Shown here: positions 35,765-46,239 of the stretch, in pieces
Position numbering within the stretch: the stretch's first letter is position 1
Layout: every line of letters starts with the position of its first letter
From: an uncultured Candidatus Melainabacteria bacterium
Lineage (GTDB): Bacteria; Cyanobacteriota; Vampirovibrionia; Gastranaerophilales; Gastranaerophilaceae
Direction: 5' to 3'
Assembly (NCBI GenBank): GCA_934754505.1
Contig: CAKVIE010000003.1
Span: 51,727-115,726, forward strand
DNA: 64,000 nt
Translations under genes and position numbers: made by a program
The notes under the pieces: model-generated
Told to the model about the DNA's origin: nothing
Database searches by the model: none
What the model saw: only the letters and a program-made list of their open reading frames with translations

Positions 35765-35920
35765 TTAAATTATTGTGTAAATAAACGGTGAAGCGGGTGT
35801 TGTTCCAACCATTATTATGATTACAAGTAAAATAAGAAATACTATTACGGGAAAAATCCAATATGCTTTGTTTTTCCATAAGAAAGACATAATTTCCAAA
35901 AATAAATTTTTTCTTTTCAT
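35765..35920 (-). CDS. DUF5989/SxtK-like 51-aa membrane protein (not in the ORF track)
   Basis: Manual translation MKRKNLFLEIMSFLWKNKAYWIFPVIVFLILLVIIIMVGTTPASPFIYTII*. AGAGG SD lies 5 nt upstream. The ..APFIYT.. ending is typical of the family. Confidence 0.6.
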   Translation of the reverse strand: MKRKNLFLEIMSFLWKNKAYWIFPVIVFLILLVIIIMVGTTPASPFIYTII

Positions 35921-35950
35921 CAAGACCTCTTTTTACTTAAAATAGCAAAT

Positions 35951-37720
35951 TTACAGCAAATTGGCAAGCATTGAAATGGCTTCCGTATCTTCGGGGAAAA
36001 TGTCTGTATATCTTTGCAAATAGTTTGTTGCATCTTCCTTTTTATCCAGTTTCAATGCACATTTTGCCAAATTCATAAGGTTGAAAGTATTTTGCGGATA
36101 TTTTTTATCGATATCAGCAAAAAGTCCCATTGCATCATGGTAATTACCTTCATTCATATAAATTTGAGCAAGCATATTTTCGACTTCGGGATTTTTGTCT
36201 AAAAACATTGCATCTTCAAATATTTGTTTTGCTGCGTCTGTTTTGCCTTTCATAAAGTAGATTTTGCCCAAATTATATAAAATGTCCATATTTTGAGAAT
36301 CAAGCGAAATTGCTCTTTCAAGAATTTCTTGTGCTTTATCTGTTTCTTTTCTCGACAATTTGTTTAAAGCTATATTTAATAAAATATTAGGCGGTAAAAT
36401 TACAGAATTTAAAACAGAATCGTATAATTCATTAGCCTTTTCATAATCTCCCGTCATTTGAAAATAATTTCCGTATTCGTATGTAATGAAAGGATTTTCG
36501 GGTTCTAATGAATATGCTTTTTCAAATTCGTCTTTTGCATAATCAAACAATCTTGCATCAAGGTAAAGAACTGCTAAATCTTTGTGAGCCACCGCAAACG
36601 ACGGATTTATCGAAATAACTTTTTTCAAAAGTGTTTCGGCTTTGTCCTTGTCACCTGTATTACCGCACAAAATTGCAAAATCGTAGTAAATATTTTCATC
36701 AACCTGACCTTTTTTCAAAAGTGTCATGTAAATGTTTTTTGCTTCTTCATAATCGTTTAATTTGATTTTTATACCTGCGATTTTTAATTTAATTTGTTGA
36801 GGTGTAAATTCGCCTGTGTCGAGCGATTGCAATAATTCAAGGGCTTTTTCATAGTCTTTTACGCCCTCATAAGCACACGCAAGACTGAATTTATAAGTAT
36901 CTTTATCGGGTTCAGCTGATGATAACAACTGATAATAGTTCACCGCTTCGACGAAATCTTCCGCATCAAGTGATGCTGCTGCGAGTGACGACAAATAAAA
37001 CGGTGACGGATCAAGTTTGTATGCTGATTTGAAAAACTTATATGCCTTTTGAAAATCATTCATCATTTTTGCCGTAACAGCTATATTGTAATGAGTAACT
37101 GCATTTTTAGGGTCTAATTCCAATGATTTTTCAAATGCTTCCATTGCTTTCGGAAGTTTTGCAGAGGCAAGACATGCAGAACCAAGATTGTTTAATAATA
37201 GGGCATGCGGTGTTTCAATCGAGGCAGCTTTTTCAAACAATTCAATCGCTTTATCGTATTTTTGCATTGCCATATAAACTGTTCCGAGCATATAAAAAAT
37301 CTTAAAATCGTTTGGTGCAAGCTCAAATATAGCTTGTTCGTACTGTTCGATTTTTTCGTATCTGTTTGTCTGCATATAGAGTAAAACCAACCCTTTGTAG
37401 GCATCAAGATAGTCGGGACGAAGTTTTATAACCTTTTTATAAGCCTCTTCTTCAAGCGTTTTATTGCCTAATTTTTCAGCCATTAAGCCTAAATAATACC
37501 AAGCAGTTGCATCTAAATCGTTAAGTTCGGTTGCTCGTTTAAATGCTATTGTTGCATTGTTATAAAGTTCAAGATTAATGTCGCATAACCCGATATGACG
37601 CCATAAATCAGGGTTTAATTCATCATCTTTTAATAAATCTGTCAATATATTTTTTGCTTTTAAAAAATCTTTTTGCTCAATTAAAAAAATTGCATCGTCT
37701 ATTGTATAATTTTCACTCAT
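35951..37720 (-). CDS. TPR repeat protein
   Basis: 589 aa made of repeated 34-aa A/Y/L-patterned TPR units. Confidence 0.85.
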   Translation of the reverse strand: MSENYTIDDAIFLIEQKDFLKAKNILTDLLKDDELNPDLWRHIGLCDINLELYNNATIAFKRATELNDLDATAWYYLGLMAEKLGNKTLEEEAYKKVIKLRPDYLDAYKGLVLLYMQTNRYEKIEQYEQAIFELAPNDFKIFYMLGTVYMAMQKYDKAIELFEKAASIETPHALLLNNLGSACLASAKLPKAMEAFEKSLELDPKNAVTHYNIAVTAKMMNDFQKAYKFFKSAYKLDPSPFYLSSLAAASLDAEDFVEAVNYYQLLSSAEPDKDTYKFSLACAYEGVKDYEKALELLQSLDTGEFTPQQIKLKIAGIKIKLNDYEEAKNIYMTLLKKGQVDENIYYDFAILCGNTGDKDKAETLLKKVISINPSFAVAHKDLAVLYLDARLFDYAKDEFEKAYSLEPENPFITYEYGNYFQMTGDYEKANELYDSVLNSVILPPNILLNIALNKLSRKETDKAQEILERAISLDSQNMDILYNLGKIYFMKGKTDAAKQIFEDAMFLDKNPEVENMLAQIYMNEGNYHDAMGLFADIDKKYPQNTFNLMNLAKCALKLDKKEDATNYLQRYTDIFPEDTEAISMLANLL

Positions 37721-37822
37721 AAAAACCTCGCACTTAAATCATAGCATAAAATTACAAATATCAAACTTGAAAAAAAGTTATACTTGTGGTCTTATAGAAT
37801 TGGTAAAAGGGAGATTTTGATT

Positions 37823-38284
37823 ATGGAAAAAACATTTGTAGCTATTAAACCCGATGGTGTTAAAAGAGGTTTAATCGGTGAATTAATCACGAGATTTGAA
37901 AGAAAAGGTTATAAAATAATCGGAATGAAATTTCTTGTTCCTAAAAAGGAAACAGTTGAAGAACATTACAAAGAACACGTCGGTAAGCCTTTTTACCCCG
38001 GATTGCTTAAATATTTAACATCAGGACCTGTTGTTGCAATGGCTGTTGCAGGTTTGAATGTTGTTCACGGTGTAAGACAAATCGTTGGTGCAACAAATCC
38101 TGATAATGCTGATGTTGGTACAATCAGAGCTGACTATTCTCAACTTATGAGCCAAAATGTTATCCATGCTTCTGATAGTGTTGAAAGCGGTGCAAGAGAA
38201 ATCGGCATTTGGTTTTCTGAAAATGAAATTTTTGAAAACTGGAAAACTGTTTCTGAAATCCTTATTGAAGAACAACAAAACTAA
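37823..38284 (+). CDS. ndk: nucleoside diphosphate kinase
   Basis: MEKTFVAIKPDGV start with AAGGGAG SD. Active-site NVIHASDS. Confidence 0.95.
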   Translation: MEKTFVAIKPDGVKRGLIGELITRFERKGYKIIGMKFLVPKKETVEEHYKEHVGKPFYPGLLKYLTSGPVVAMAVAGLNVVHGVRQIVGATNPDNADVGTIRADYSQLMSQNVIHASDSVESGAREIGIWFSENEIFENWKTVSEILIEEQQN

Positions 38285-39409
<1,125 letters not shown>

Positions 39410-39413
39410 AATT

Positions 39414-40256
39414 TTATTTTTTGTTTTCAGTTATTCCTTTTTTAGGTAGAGGTTTTTGTTGAGCATTTGTTGAACTATATCTTTCCATAATGTCAATGTA
39501 TTTGTCGTGACCGTACTTTTTTGCCACATCCATCGGAGTTTCTCCGTTTTGGTCAACAACATCTACAACCGCACCTGCGTTTAACAAAACATACAGGACT
39601 GTTATTTTGTTTTGTGTTGCGGCAAAATGTAAGGGCGTTCTTCCGAGCATATCGATTACGTTTACATCGGCACCTTGTTCAACAATATAGCTTAAAACAG
39701 CATCTTTTCCGAGAGCTGCTGCATAATGAATAAAGGATATTCCGTTGACTTTGTCATTTTTTGTATTCAGACTTATTCCTGATTTTAGAAGGGTGCTGAA
39801 CATTTTGACATTATCGCTTCTTATTGAACAGAAAGCCGGTGTCATTTTGTCTGATTGGTTTATCGTAAATAAATTCAAAGCTCCCTGCATCAATGCTGAC
39901 ATTACTTCGGTGTTTCCAAGTTCAGCGGCAACGCAAGCCGGAGATATTCCTTGTGAATCAAGTTTGTTCAAATCAAATCCCGAGCGAACATATAAATTTA
40001 TTAATTTTATATCTTTGCGTTTAATGGATTTTACAAGTCCGTCTGTATCATAAGTTCTTCCTTTTAAAATTATTTCAGTTTTGAAAAAATCATGTCTGAA
40101 AAAATCAAAAATACCAAGGGAAATATTTGGATTAAATAAAATCATCGGTATTGCAAAAAGTAAAATGATACACAGGATAACTTTTACAGTCGCAACAAGT
40201 GCTGCTTTTTGTTTTTCATTATCAAATGTATCATTTTTTACTTTCTTTTGAGTCAA
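39414..40256 (-). CDS. membrane-anchored ankyrin-repeat protein
   Basis: N-terminal TM VKVILCIILLFAIPMILF. At least four ANK units (e.g. GRTPLHFAATQNKITVLYVLLNAGA). Confidence 0.8.
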   Translation of the reverse strand: MTQKKVKNDTFDNEKQKAALVATVKVILCIILLFAIPMILFNPNISLGIFDFFRHDFFKTEIILKGRTYDTDGLVKSIKRKDIKLINLYVRSGFDLNKLDSQGISPACVAAELGNTEVMSALMQGALNLFTINQSDKMTPAFCSIRSDNVKMFSTLLKSGISLNTKNDKVNGISFIHYAAALGKDAVLSYIVEQGADVNVIDMLGRTPLHFAATQNKITVLYVLLNAGAVVDVVDQNGETPMDVAKKYGHDKYIDIMERYSSTNAQQKPLPKKGITENKK

Positions 40257-40265
40257 TTTAAACTC

Positions 40266-41552
40266 CTATAAGCTTACTACAATACCTGCAATACAAGCCG
40301 AAACGTAAGAGGTTAATGTACCGCCAATCATAGCTTTGATAGCTAATCTTGCAAGATTTTTTCTTTGTGTCGGAGCAAGTTCACCGATACCGCTTATTTG
40401 TATAGCTACTGTTGAAAGGTTTGCAAAACCTGCAAGAGCGAATGTTGCAATCGCATAACTTTTAACAGACAAGTCCATTTTTGCCATGTCCAAATAACCG
40501 ATGCATTCGTTCAAAATTAACTTTTCACCGATTAATCTGCCGACATTATCAATTTCTGCAAAATATGAACTTATTGATGTGAAATGTTCAGGGAATGCAC
40601 CCATTACAGCTGCAAATATTGAGAATACTTTACCTATTAACATTTCCAAAGATAAGTGAGTCAAATCAATTCCGATTGCCGATAAATTCATATGGCAGGT
40701 ACCAGCAAGGAATAATCCCAATTTCGCAAACAATACGTTTATAAATGAAATTAATCCGACAAGTGCAATTAATGATGCGATAATGTTCAAAGATACTTTC
40801 ATACCGTCGCCTGCACCTTTTGAAATAGCTGCGAGAACGTTTGCATCAGTTCTTCTTTTACTTATTTTAAAATCGTTCATTGTTTTGGGTTCATCAACTT
40901 CAGGATACATAATTTTTGCAATTACAAATGCCCCCGGAGCTGACATAACTGCTGCTGCAAGCAAATATTCAAGCGGAATTCCGAATGCGGGGCTTCCGTA
41001 CATAGCCAAACAGCCTGCTGACAAACATGCTGTTGAACCTGTCATTGATGCGAATAATTCTGAACGGGTTAAATTGGGTAAATACGGTTTAATCATTGAT
41101 TGTGCCGCTACGTTTCCGACAAACGGGCTTGCACAGTTTGAAAGTGCTTCTGCACCGCTTACGTCCATTAATTTACTCATAATTTTACCGAGGAATAAAA
41201 TTACTCTTTGCATTATTCCGTAGTAGTACAAAATATTTACCAAAGACATTATGAAAATCATTGTTGCAATAAGCATTAACGCATATATGAAGCCCATTTG
41301 GTTTGTTAATGTATCTCCAAAAACAAAAGCTGCACCTTCCATTGAGGCTTGAAGAATTTTGTTGATAATTGCTGCTATAAAAGAAAATATTTTTACTCCG
41401 ACAGGCACTTTTAAAATGAATAATGCTAAAAGCACTTGTAATAACAGACCAACACCTATTGTCTTAAAATTGAGCTTCTTTTTGTCTTTTGACATTAAAA
41501 AAGCTATTCCCATAAAGAGGGCTATGCCGATAATACCCACAAATGTGTTCAT
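40266..41552 (-). CDS. nupC: NupC-family concentrative nucleoside transporter
   Basis: 428 aa polytopic protein with typical CNT N- and C-terminal domains. Confidence 0.85.
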   Translation of the reverse strand: MNTFVGIIGIALFMGIAFLMSKDKKKLNFKTIGVGLLLQVLLALFILKVPVGVKIFSFIAAIINKILQASMEGAAFVFGDTLTNQMGFIYALMLIATMIFIMSLVNILYYYGIMQRVILFLGKIMSKLMDVSGAEALSNCASPFVGNVAAQSMIKPYLPNLTRSELFASMTGSTACLSAGCLAMYGSPAFGIPLEYLLAAAVMSAPGAFVIAKIMYPEVDEPKTMNDFKISKRRTDANVLAAISKGAGDGMKVSLNIIASLIALVGLISFINVLFAKLGLFLAGTCHMNLSAIGIDLTHLSLEMLIGKVFSIFAAVMGAFPEHFTSISSYFAEIDNVGRLIGEKLILNECIGYLDMAKMDLSVKSYAIATFALAGFANLSTVAIQISGIGELAPTQRKNLARLAIKAMIGGTLTSYVSACIAGIVVSL

Positions 41553-41707
41553 AAATCTCCATTCTTATAAACTAAAATACTTCTCTTTTATTTTAGAACA
41601 AAATTCTTTAAATATTTTTATTTTAAATATTATCTTAAAAAAACTATACAATTTTTCTAATTTTCCCCGATTGTCGGTTATAATATGAAAAAAATATTGA
41701 GGATTTT

Positions 41708-42907
41708 ATGAAAAAGATTGTTTTATTTTTATTGCTATTTTTCTTTATGCCGCTATCTCAAGTTATGGCGGTTGAAAATGAAACCAAAACTCCTGTCAGA
41801 TTTATTTATATAAACGGTGCGAATAACAATACTCCAGCTATGCAGGAATGGTTTTTTAACGGGATTAACAAAGCTCATACTCAAATAAAAAAAGCCTTTG
41901 AAACTTCACCGTTTGTTGAAGAAAAATTTTTGAAAAAAAACAAATTGGAAATAGAGCAGCACCCCGGTATTTTCTTCTGGGGGAACAGAACTTTAAATGA
42001 CCTCGAAACAATAAATGAGGGGCTTGTTACGACGGCTATGTTCAGTCCGAAACTTGCTCAAGTCGTCAGAACTTTATTCGCTCATTGTATGCACGATGCC
42101 ATTTGGGTTCAAAAAGACCATAATATGCAAGCTATTGTAAGAGATTTGCATAATATGATAAAAAGTTATTCCGATAAAGGCGAAAAAGTTGTTCTTTTCG
42201 GTTACAGTGCAGGAAGTTTTGTGACATACGAATATTTTTTCTATAAATTGCCTGCCATTTCTTGGGAAAATATTTTGAGCAAAATGGAATTTTCTAAAGC
42301 TGAACACGATTTTATAAAAACTCATAAAATCAATCCGACTTGTATAGATGCACTTATTCAATCTAAACTTGCCGTGTATTCAATCAGCGGCTTTCTTGTA
42401 CCTAATTCAAATTTTGAAGAATTTAAAGATGCTTATGCGAAATTAGATTTGTACACAAAAGATGTCTGTGCTGCAAACGGCAGTATTTTAGGTACTGTCA
42501 ATTACGCAAGTCCTCTTGTATTGTTCTATTCTGATTTGAAAGACCCCACTCTTGAAATAACTCAATATAACAGCGGTTTGTTCAAATATATGAAAGATAA
42601 CGATATTTTCTGGCTGACTGTTAATTTTGCTGATGATCCGCTTGGATACCCGCTTTCAAGAAACTTGACAAGCTCTGAAATTTCAACTATGAATAACATT
42701 GAATTCAACCCAAACGGTAAAGGATTTTTCTACGACAAATCAAACGTAAAAAGCCCTGCAACTTTCTTGGGTGCTCATACTTCCTATTGGAAACATTCCA
42801 AAAAGTTTGCTAAAGCTATCGCAGATGCTTATGAAGAAGGATATTTGAACTTCTACCCGCAAGAAAAAGTTTTTACTACCGATAAAAAATCCAAGAAAAA
42901 CAAATAG
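41708..42907 (+). CDS. secreted putative alpha/beta hydrolase (lipase/esterase-like)
   Basis: Signal peptide and GxSxG nucleophile elbow in VVLFGYSAGSF. Family otherwise unrecognised. Confidence 0.5.
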   Translation: MKKIVLFLLLFFFMPLSQVMAVENETKTPVRFIYINGANNNTPAMQEWFFNGINKAHTQIKKAFETSPFVEEKFLKKNKLEIEQHPGIFFWGNRTLNDLETINEGLVTTAMFSPKLAQVVRTLFAHCMHDAIWVQKDHNMQAIVRDLHNMIKSYSDKGEKVVLFGYSAGSFVTYEYFFYKLPAISWENILSKMEFSKAEHDFIKTHKINPTCIDALIQSKLAVYSISGFLVPNSNFEEFKDAYAKLDLYTKDVCAANGSILGTVNYASPLVLFYSDLKDPTLEITQYNSGLFKYMKDNDIFWLTVNFADDPLGYPLSRNLTSSEISTMNNIEFNPNGKGFFYDKSNVKSPATFLGAHTSYWKHSKKFAKAIADAYEEGYLNFYPQEKVFTTDKKSKKNK

Positions 42908-42997
42908 TGTTATCCATTGCGAATATTGTGATTGAACTATTAGTGAGATAAAAATACTATTCGTGTTATGGTTTAATTAATTTAATTTGAAAATTAT

Positions 42998-43033
42998 AAA
43001 AAAAAGAAAACACTATTAGTGCTTTCTCTTTTG
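42998..43033. terminator. bidirectional terminator (nrdG and the hydrolase-like gene)
   Basis: agaaaacac (43005-43013) pairs with gtgctttct (43019-43027), with an A8 tract upstream and a T-rich tract downstream. Confidence 0.65.
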
Positions 43034-43055
43034 TTGTATATGTTTTAATATTATT

Positions 43056-43544
43056 TTAGACGAATAATTCTACTTTGTTTGAATTTAAACTTTTTTGAAC
43101 ATCAATAACTCTTTGATTTGAGCTGCCAACCCAAGGCAAATTATTATCTTTCTTTTCGTGTTCAAAAGGTCCGTCAGCAAGAACGTCTATGTATTTCATT
43201 TCGGGAATGTCTTTTAAATCTTCCCAATGAAATCCCGAATAAAGCCATACCGTTTTTTGAGGAAATAATTCTTTTGCTTTTTTTGCAAGTCGAAAAACTT
43301 CTTCTCTGTTAAACGGGTGCATAGGGTCGCCGCCGCTAAATGTCAGACCGGATATGTGCGGTCTGTTCAAAGCTGTAAACAATTCATTTTCGGCTTCTTC
43401 ATCAAAAGGCAATCCGCCTGCGATGTCCCAAGTTATCGGATTTTGGCAGTTTTTGCATTGATGTGTGCAGCCTGCTACCCATAATACGACTCTTAAACCA
43501 TCGCCGTTGAGCATATCATCTTTTGTAATATTGTGATAATTCAT
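43056..43544 (-). CDS. nrdG: anaerobic ribonucleotide reductase activating protein
   Basis: Radical SAM CX3CX2C motif (CTHQCKNC). About 160 aa, immediately downstream of nrdD. Confidence 0.92.
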   Translation of the reverse strand: MNYHNITKDDMLNGDGLRVVLWVAGCTHQCKNCQNPITWDIAGGLPFDEEAENELFTALNRPHISGLTFSGGDPMHPFNREEVFRLAKKAKELFPQKTVWLYSGFHWEDLKDIPEMKYIDVLADGPFEHEKKDNNLPWVGSSNQRVIDVQKSLNSNKVELFV

Positions 43545-43546
43545 TA

Positions 43547-45820
43547 TTACATGCTCACTCTGTCTTTGATTTCTTCCATTTTTGCTTCATTCAATCTTGT
43601 ATCGCCGTTTACTCTTGAATATGACAGGTATCCGTTCATTCTGTCGATTTTTGTGAGGTTTTTGCTTCCGCATTTCGGGCAAATATCCATTGATAATTCT
43701 TTGTGTCCGCAATCATCACAATATGCAAGTGAAAGATTTACACCTTCGTAAAATCCCATTTTCATTGCTCTGTTGACCAATGTTTCTATTGCTTCTTTAT
43801 TGTATGAAACAGGATATTTTACATATTGAATTTTTCCACCATTGAACAAATTCCAAAATCTGTTTTCCAAATCTTGTTTTTTTATAGGTGAAATATCTTC
43901 TGAAACGTGGCAATGGAAACTGTTTGATACATAGCCTTTATCTGAAACTTTTTCTTTTATGCCGTATTTTTTTCTGAATTGTTTTACTTGCAAACCGCAT
44001 AAATTTTCAGCAGGAGTGCCGTAAATTGCATACAAATGACCGTCAGCTTCTTTGTATTCGTTAATCTTTTTATTTATATATTCCATAACTTCTACAACGA
44101 ATTGTCCGTCTTCTACCAAAGATTTTCCGTTGTAAAGTTCTTGAAGTTCGTTCAAGGCTGTAATTCCAAAAGAAGCAGTTGCAGATTTAAGCAACGGTTT
44201 GATTTTTTCTGACGGTTTTAAATGCCCGCCGTAAAATCCGCCTTGGCAGTATGCGAGCGGGTTTACAGATGCTTTCATTTCGCCTAAGTAATCATAAGTT
44301 CTTTTGTGAATATTTCTGATTAATTCCATGTAGTAGTCTAAAACTTCATAGAAATCTTTACTTTCGTGTCTTGCTTTTGCCAAAATCATCGGTAAGTGCA
44401 AGCTGACAGCTCCAATATTAAATCTTCCTACAAATACAGGTTCGTCGTTTTCATCAGCAGGTTTCATTCCGCCTTTTTCAAACCATGGTGATAAGAATGC
44501 ACGGCAGCCCATTGGTGAAATTACTTTTTTGTATTTTTTGTAAATTGATGCAACATAGCCGTCACCTGTTAATGAAAGCCAATCAGGGTACATTGCTCTT
44601 TGTGAGCATTCTATACCTGCATTGTAAACATCTTCTAATTCTTTTCCTTTTCCGTGAAGATTTTCATCGTACAAGAATACAACTTTCGGGAAAAGAACAG
44701 GTTTTTTATTGTTTTTCTTGCCTTGTCCTTTTTCACGAATTTTGAGCATTGTCAATGATGCCATTTTTTCAAATTCACCGCAGCCTAAGCCCATTGTCAT
44801 TGTGATAAACGGATAGTCGCCACGGCTTGATGCAACGGTGTTGAACTTATATTCCCAGCCTTGGAAACCTTGTTCAAAGTCGTTTTGAATGTCTTTCAAT
44901 GCTTCTTCTCTTGCTTTTTCAAAGCTCAAGCCCAGGCAAATGTATCGTTCATATTGTTTTTGATATGATTTTTCAGCATAAGGAGCAAGAAGTTTATCAA
45001 CTTCAGGAACTGTAAATCCGCCGTATTGTTGGCTTGCTGCAGCCATAACAATATCACCGATTACGTCAAATGCTACATCAAGAGTTTTGGGTTCATTGTA
45101 CCAAAGGTTGCCCATTTCAAAGCCATCTTTTAAAACTTCTTTAACATTGAATAAACAGCAATTCATTGTGTCACGTCTTGCCGACATATCGTGAATATAA
45201 ATGTATCCGTCACGAATTGCCTGTAATTCTTCAACATTTAAGAAAAACTTTTTGTATAATTCTTTGTTTAATTGGTTGAAAATTAAAGAACGTTTTGTCG
45301 AAACAAGTGCCGAATCAGCGTTTGAATTTTCTTTATCGCCGATATACATAATTTTTTGGCTTTCTTGGAACACGCTGTCCAACATTTTTACGAAATCTGT
45401 TTTATAATTTCTGTAATTTCTGTAACTTTCGGCAACTTTCGGATTAACTGTATCCAAAGCTTTCTCAACGATAAAGTGAATTTCTTTAATATCAACATTA
45501 TCTTTATTTAAGTAGCTTATTTCTCTTTCCACAATGTCTGAAATTCTTCTTAAATCTATTTCGCTGAACGTAATAAGCATTCTTGCGGCTGATTTGGAAA
45601 TTGCATTGATAATCTTTTGAAAATCAAACTTTTCAAGTGTTCCGTCTTTTTTTACGATAGAAACTTTTTCTAAAAGCTGATGATTTTTTAACAATTCATC
45701 AGGTGTGAATAACTTTGCATCACCGGTCATGATTTTGGTTGCATTTGCCAAAACATCTCTTTGCTGCTTCAAATTATCGTTATTATTTGTATTTACATTT
45801 TTATTTACAGAATTTTGCAT
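43547..45820 (-). CDS. nrdD: anaerobic ribonucleoside-triphosphate reductase (class III)
   Basis: 757 aa. C-terminal Zn ribbon CDDCGH..CPKCGS and glycyl-radical region ..RMNGYLSY. Confidence 0.95.
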   Translation of the reverse strand: MQNSVNKNVNTNNNDNLKQQRDVLANATKIMTGDAKLFTPDELLKNHQLLEKVSIVKKDGTLEKFDFQKIINAISKSAARMLITFSEIDLRRISDIVEREISYLNKDNVDIKEIHFIVEKALDTVNPKVAESYRNYRNYKTDFVKMLDSVFQESQKIMYIGDKENSNADSALVSTKRSLIFNQLNKELYKKFFLNVEELQAIRDGYIYIHDMSARRDTMNCCLFNVKEVLKDGFEMGNLWYNEPKTLDVAFDVIGDIVMAAASQQYGGFTVPEVDKLLAPYAEKSYQKQYERYICLGLSFEKAREEALKDIQNDFEQGFQGWEYKFNTVASSRGDYPFITMTMGLGCGEFEKMASLTMLKIREKGQGKKNNKKPVLFPKVVFLYDENLHGKGKELEDVYNAGIECSQRAMYPDWLSLTGDGYVASIYKKYKKVISPMGCRAFLSPWFEKGGMKPADENDEPVFVGRFNIGAVSLHLPMILAKARHESKDFYEVLDYYMELIRNIHKRTYDYLGEMKASVNPLAYCQGGFYGGHLKPSEKIKPLLKSATASFGITALNELQELYNGKSLVEDGQFVVEVMEYINKKINEYKEADGHLYAIYGTPAENLCGLQVKQFRKKYGIKEKVSDKGYVSNSFHCHVSEDISPIKKQDLENRFWNLFNGGKIQYVKYPVSYNKEAIETLVNRAMKMGFYEGVNLSLAYCDDCGHKELSMDICPKCGSKNLTKIDRMNGYLSYSRVNGDTRLNEAKMEEIKDRVSM

Positions 45821-46027
45821 TTACATCTCCTAAGTATAAAAGGGTTTTCCGACCAACCATGCCCGTCGGATAAATTTATTCAAATCCACCCCAATAAATA
45901 TATTATGTCTATTATAATATAGATTTGTTTCGGAAAATATGAAAAATTATGACGTATTTTTGAAAAAACGTGCATGTTTCAAGTTTTGCAACTGTTTTCA
46001 AAAACGTAATTTTTTTGTAATGTTTGC

Positions 46028-46051
46028 AACGAAACTTAATTAAGTTTCGTT
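46028..46051. repeat. 24-bp perfect palindrome in the nrdD/ATP-grasp divergent intergenic region
   Basis: AACGAAACTTAATTAAGTTTCGTT. Confidence 0.8.
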
Positions 46052-46239
46052 TACTTTCTGTAATTCAATAAAATCAACATCTTTTCACGAAATATTGTAA
46101 AATCGTGATTTTGCTTGCGTTTTGCGAGTTTGATTTTTGAAAATGCATATTACAGCTTGCTTTTCGAGATTGTGACAAAATAGAAACATGTTGTAATATA
46201 ATTAATACACAGATAAAAATTCTTTTGAGGAGAAAATGT

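Noticed and set aside
45893-45923. NrdR boxes upstream of nrdD (AATAAATATATTATGT, TCTATTATAATATAGA)
   Set aside because: They are only partial matches to the palindromic NrdR consensus. The two candidates are about 15 bp apart rather than the usual ~31-32 bp. The AT-rich palindromic words are more simply a -10 region.
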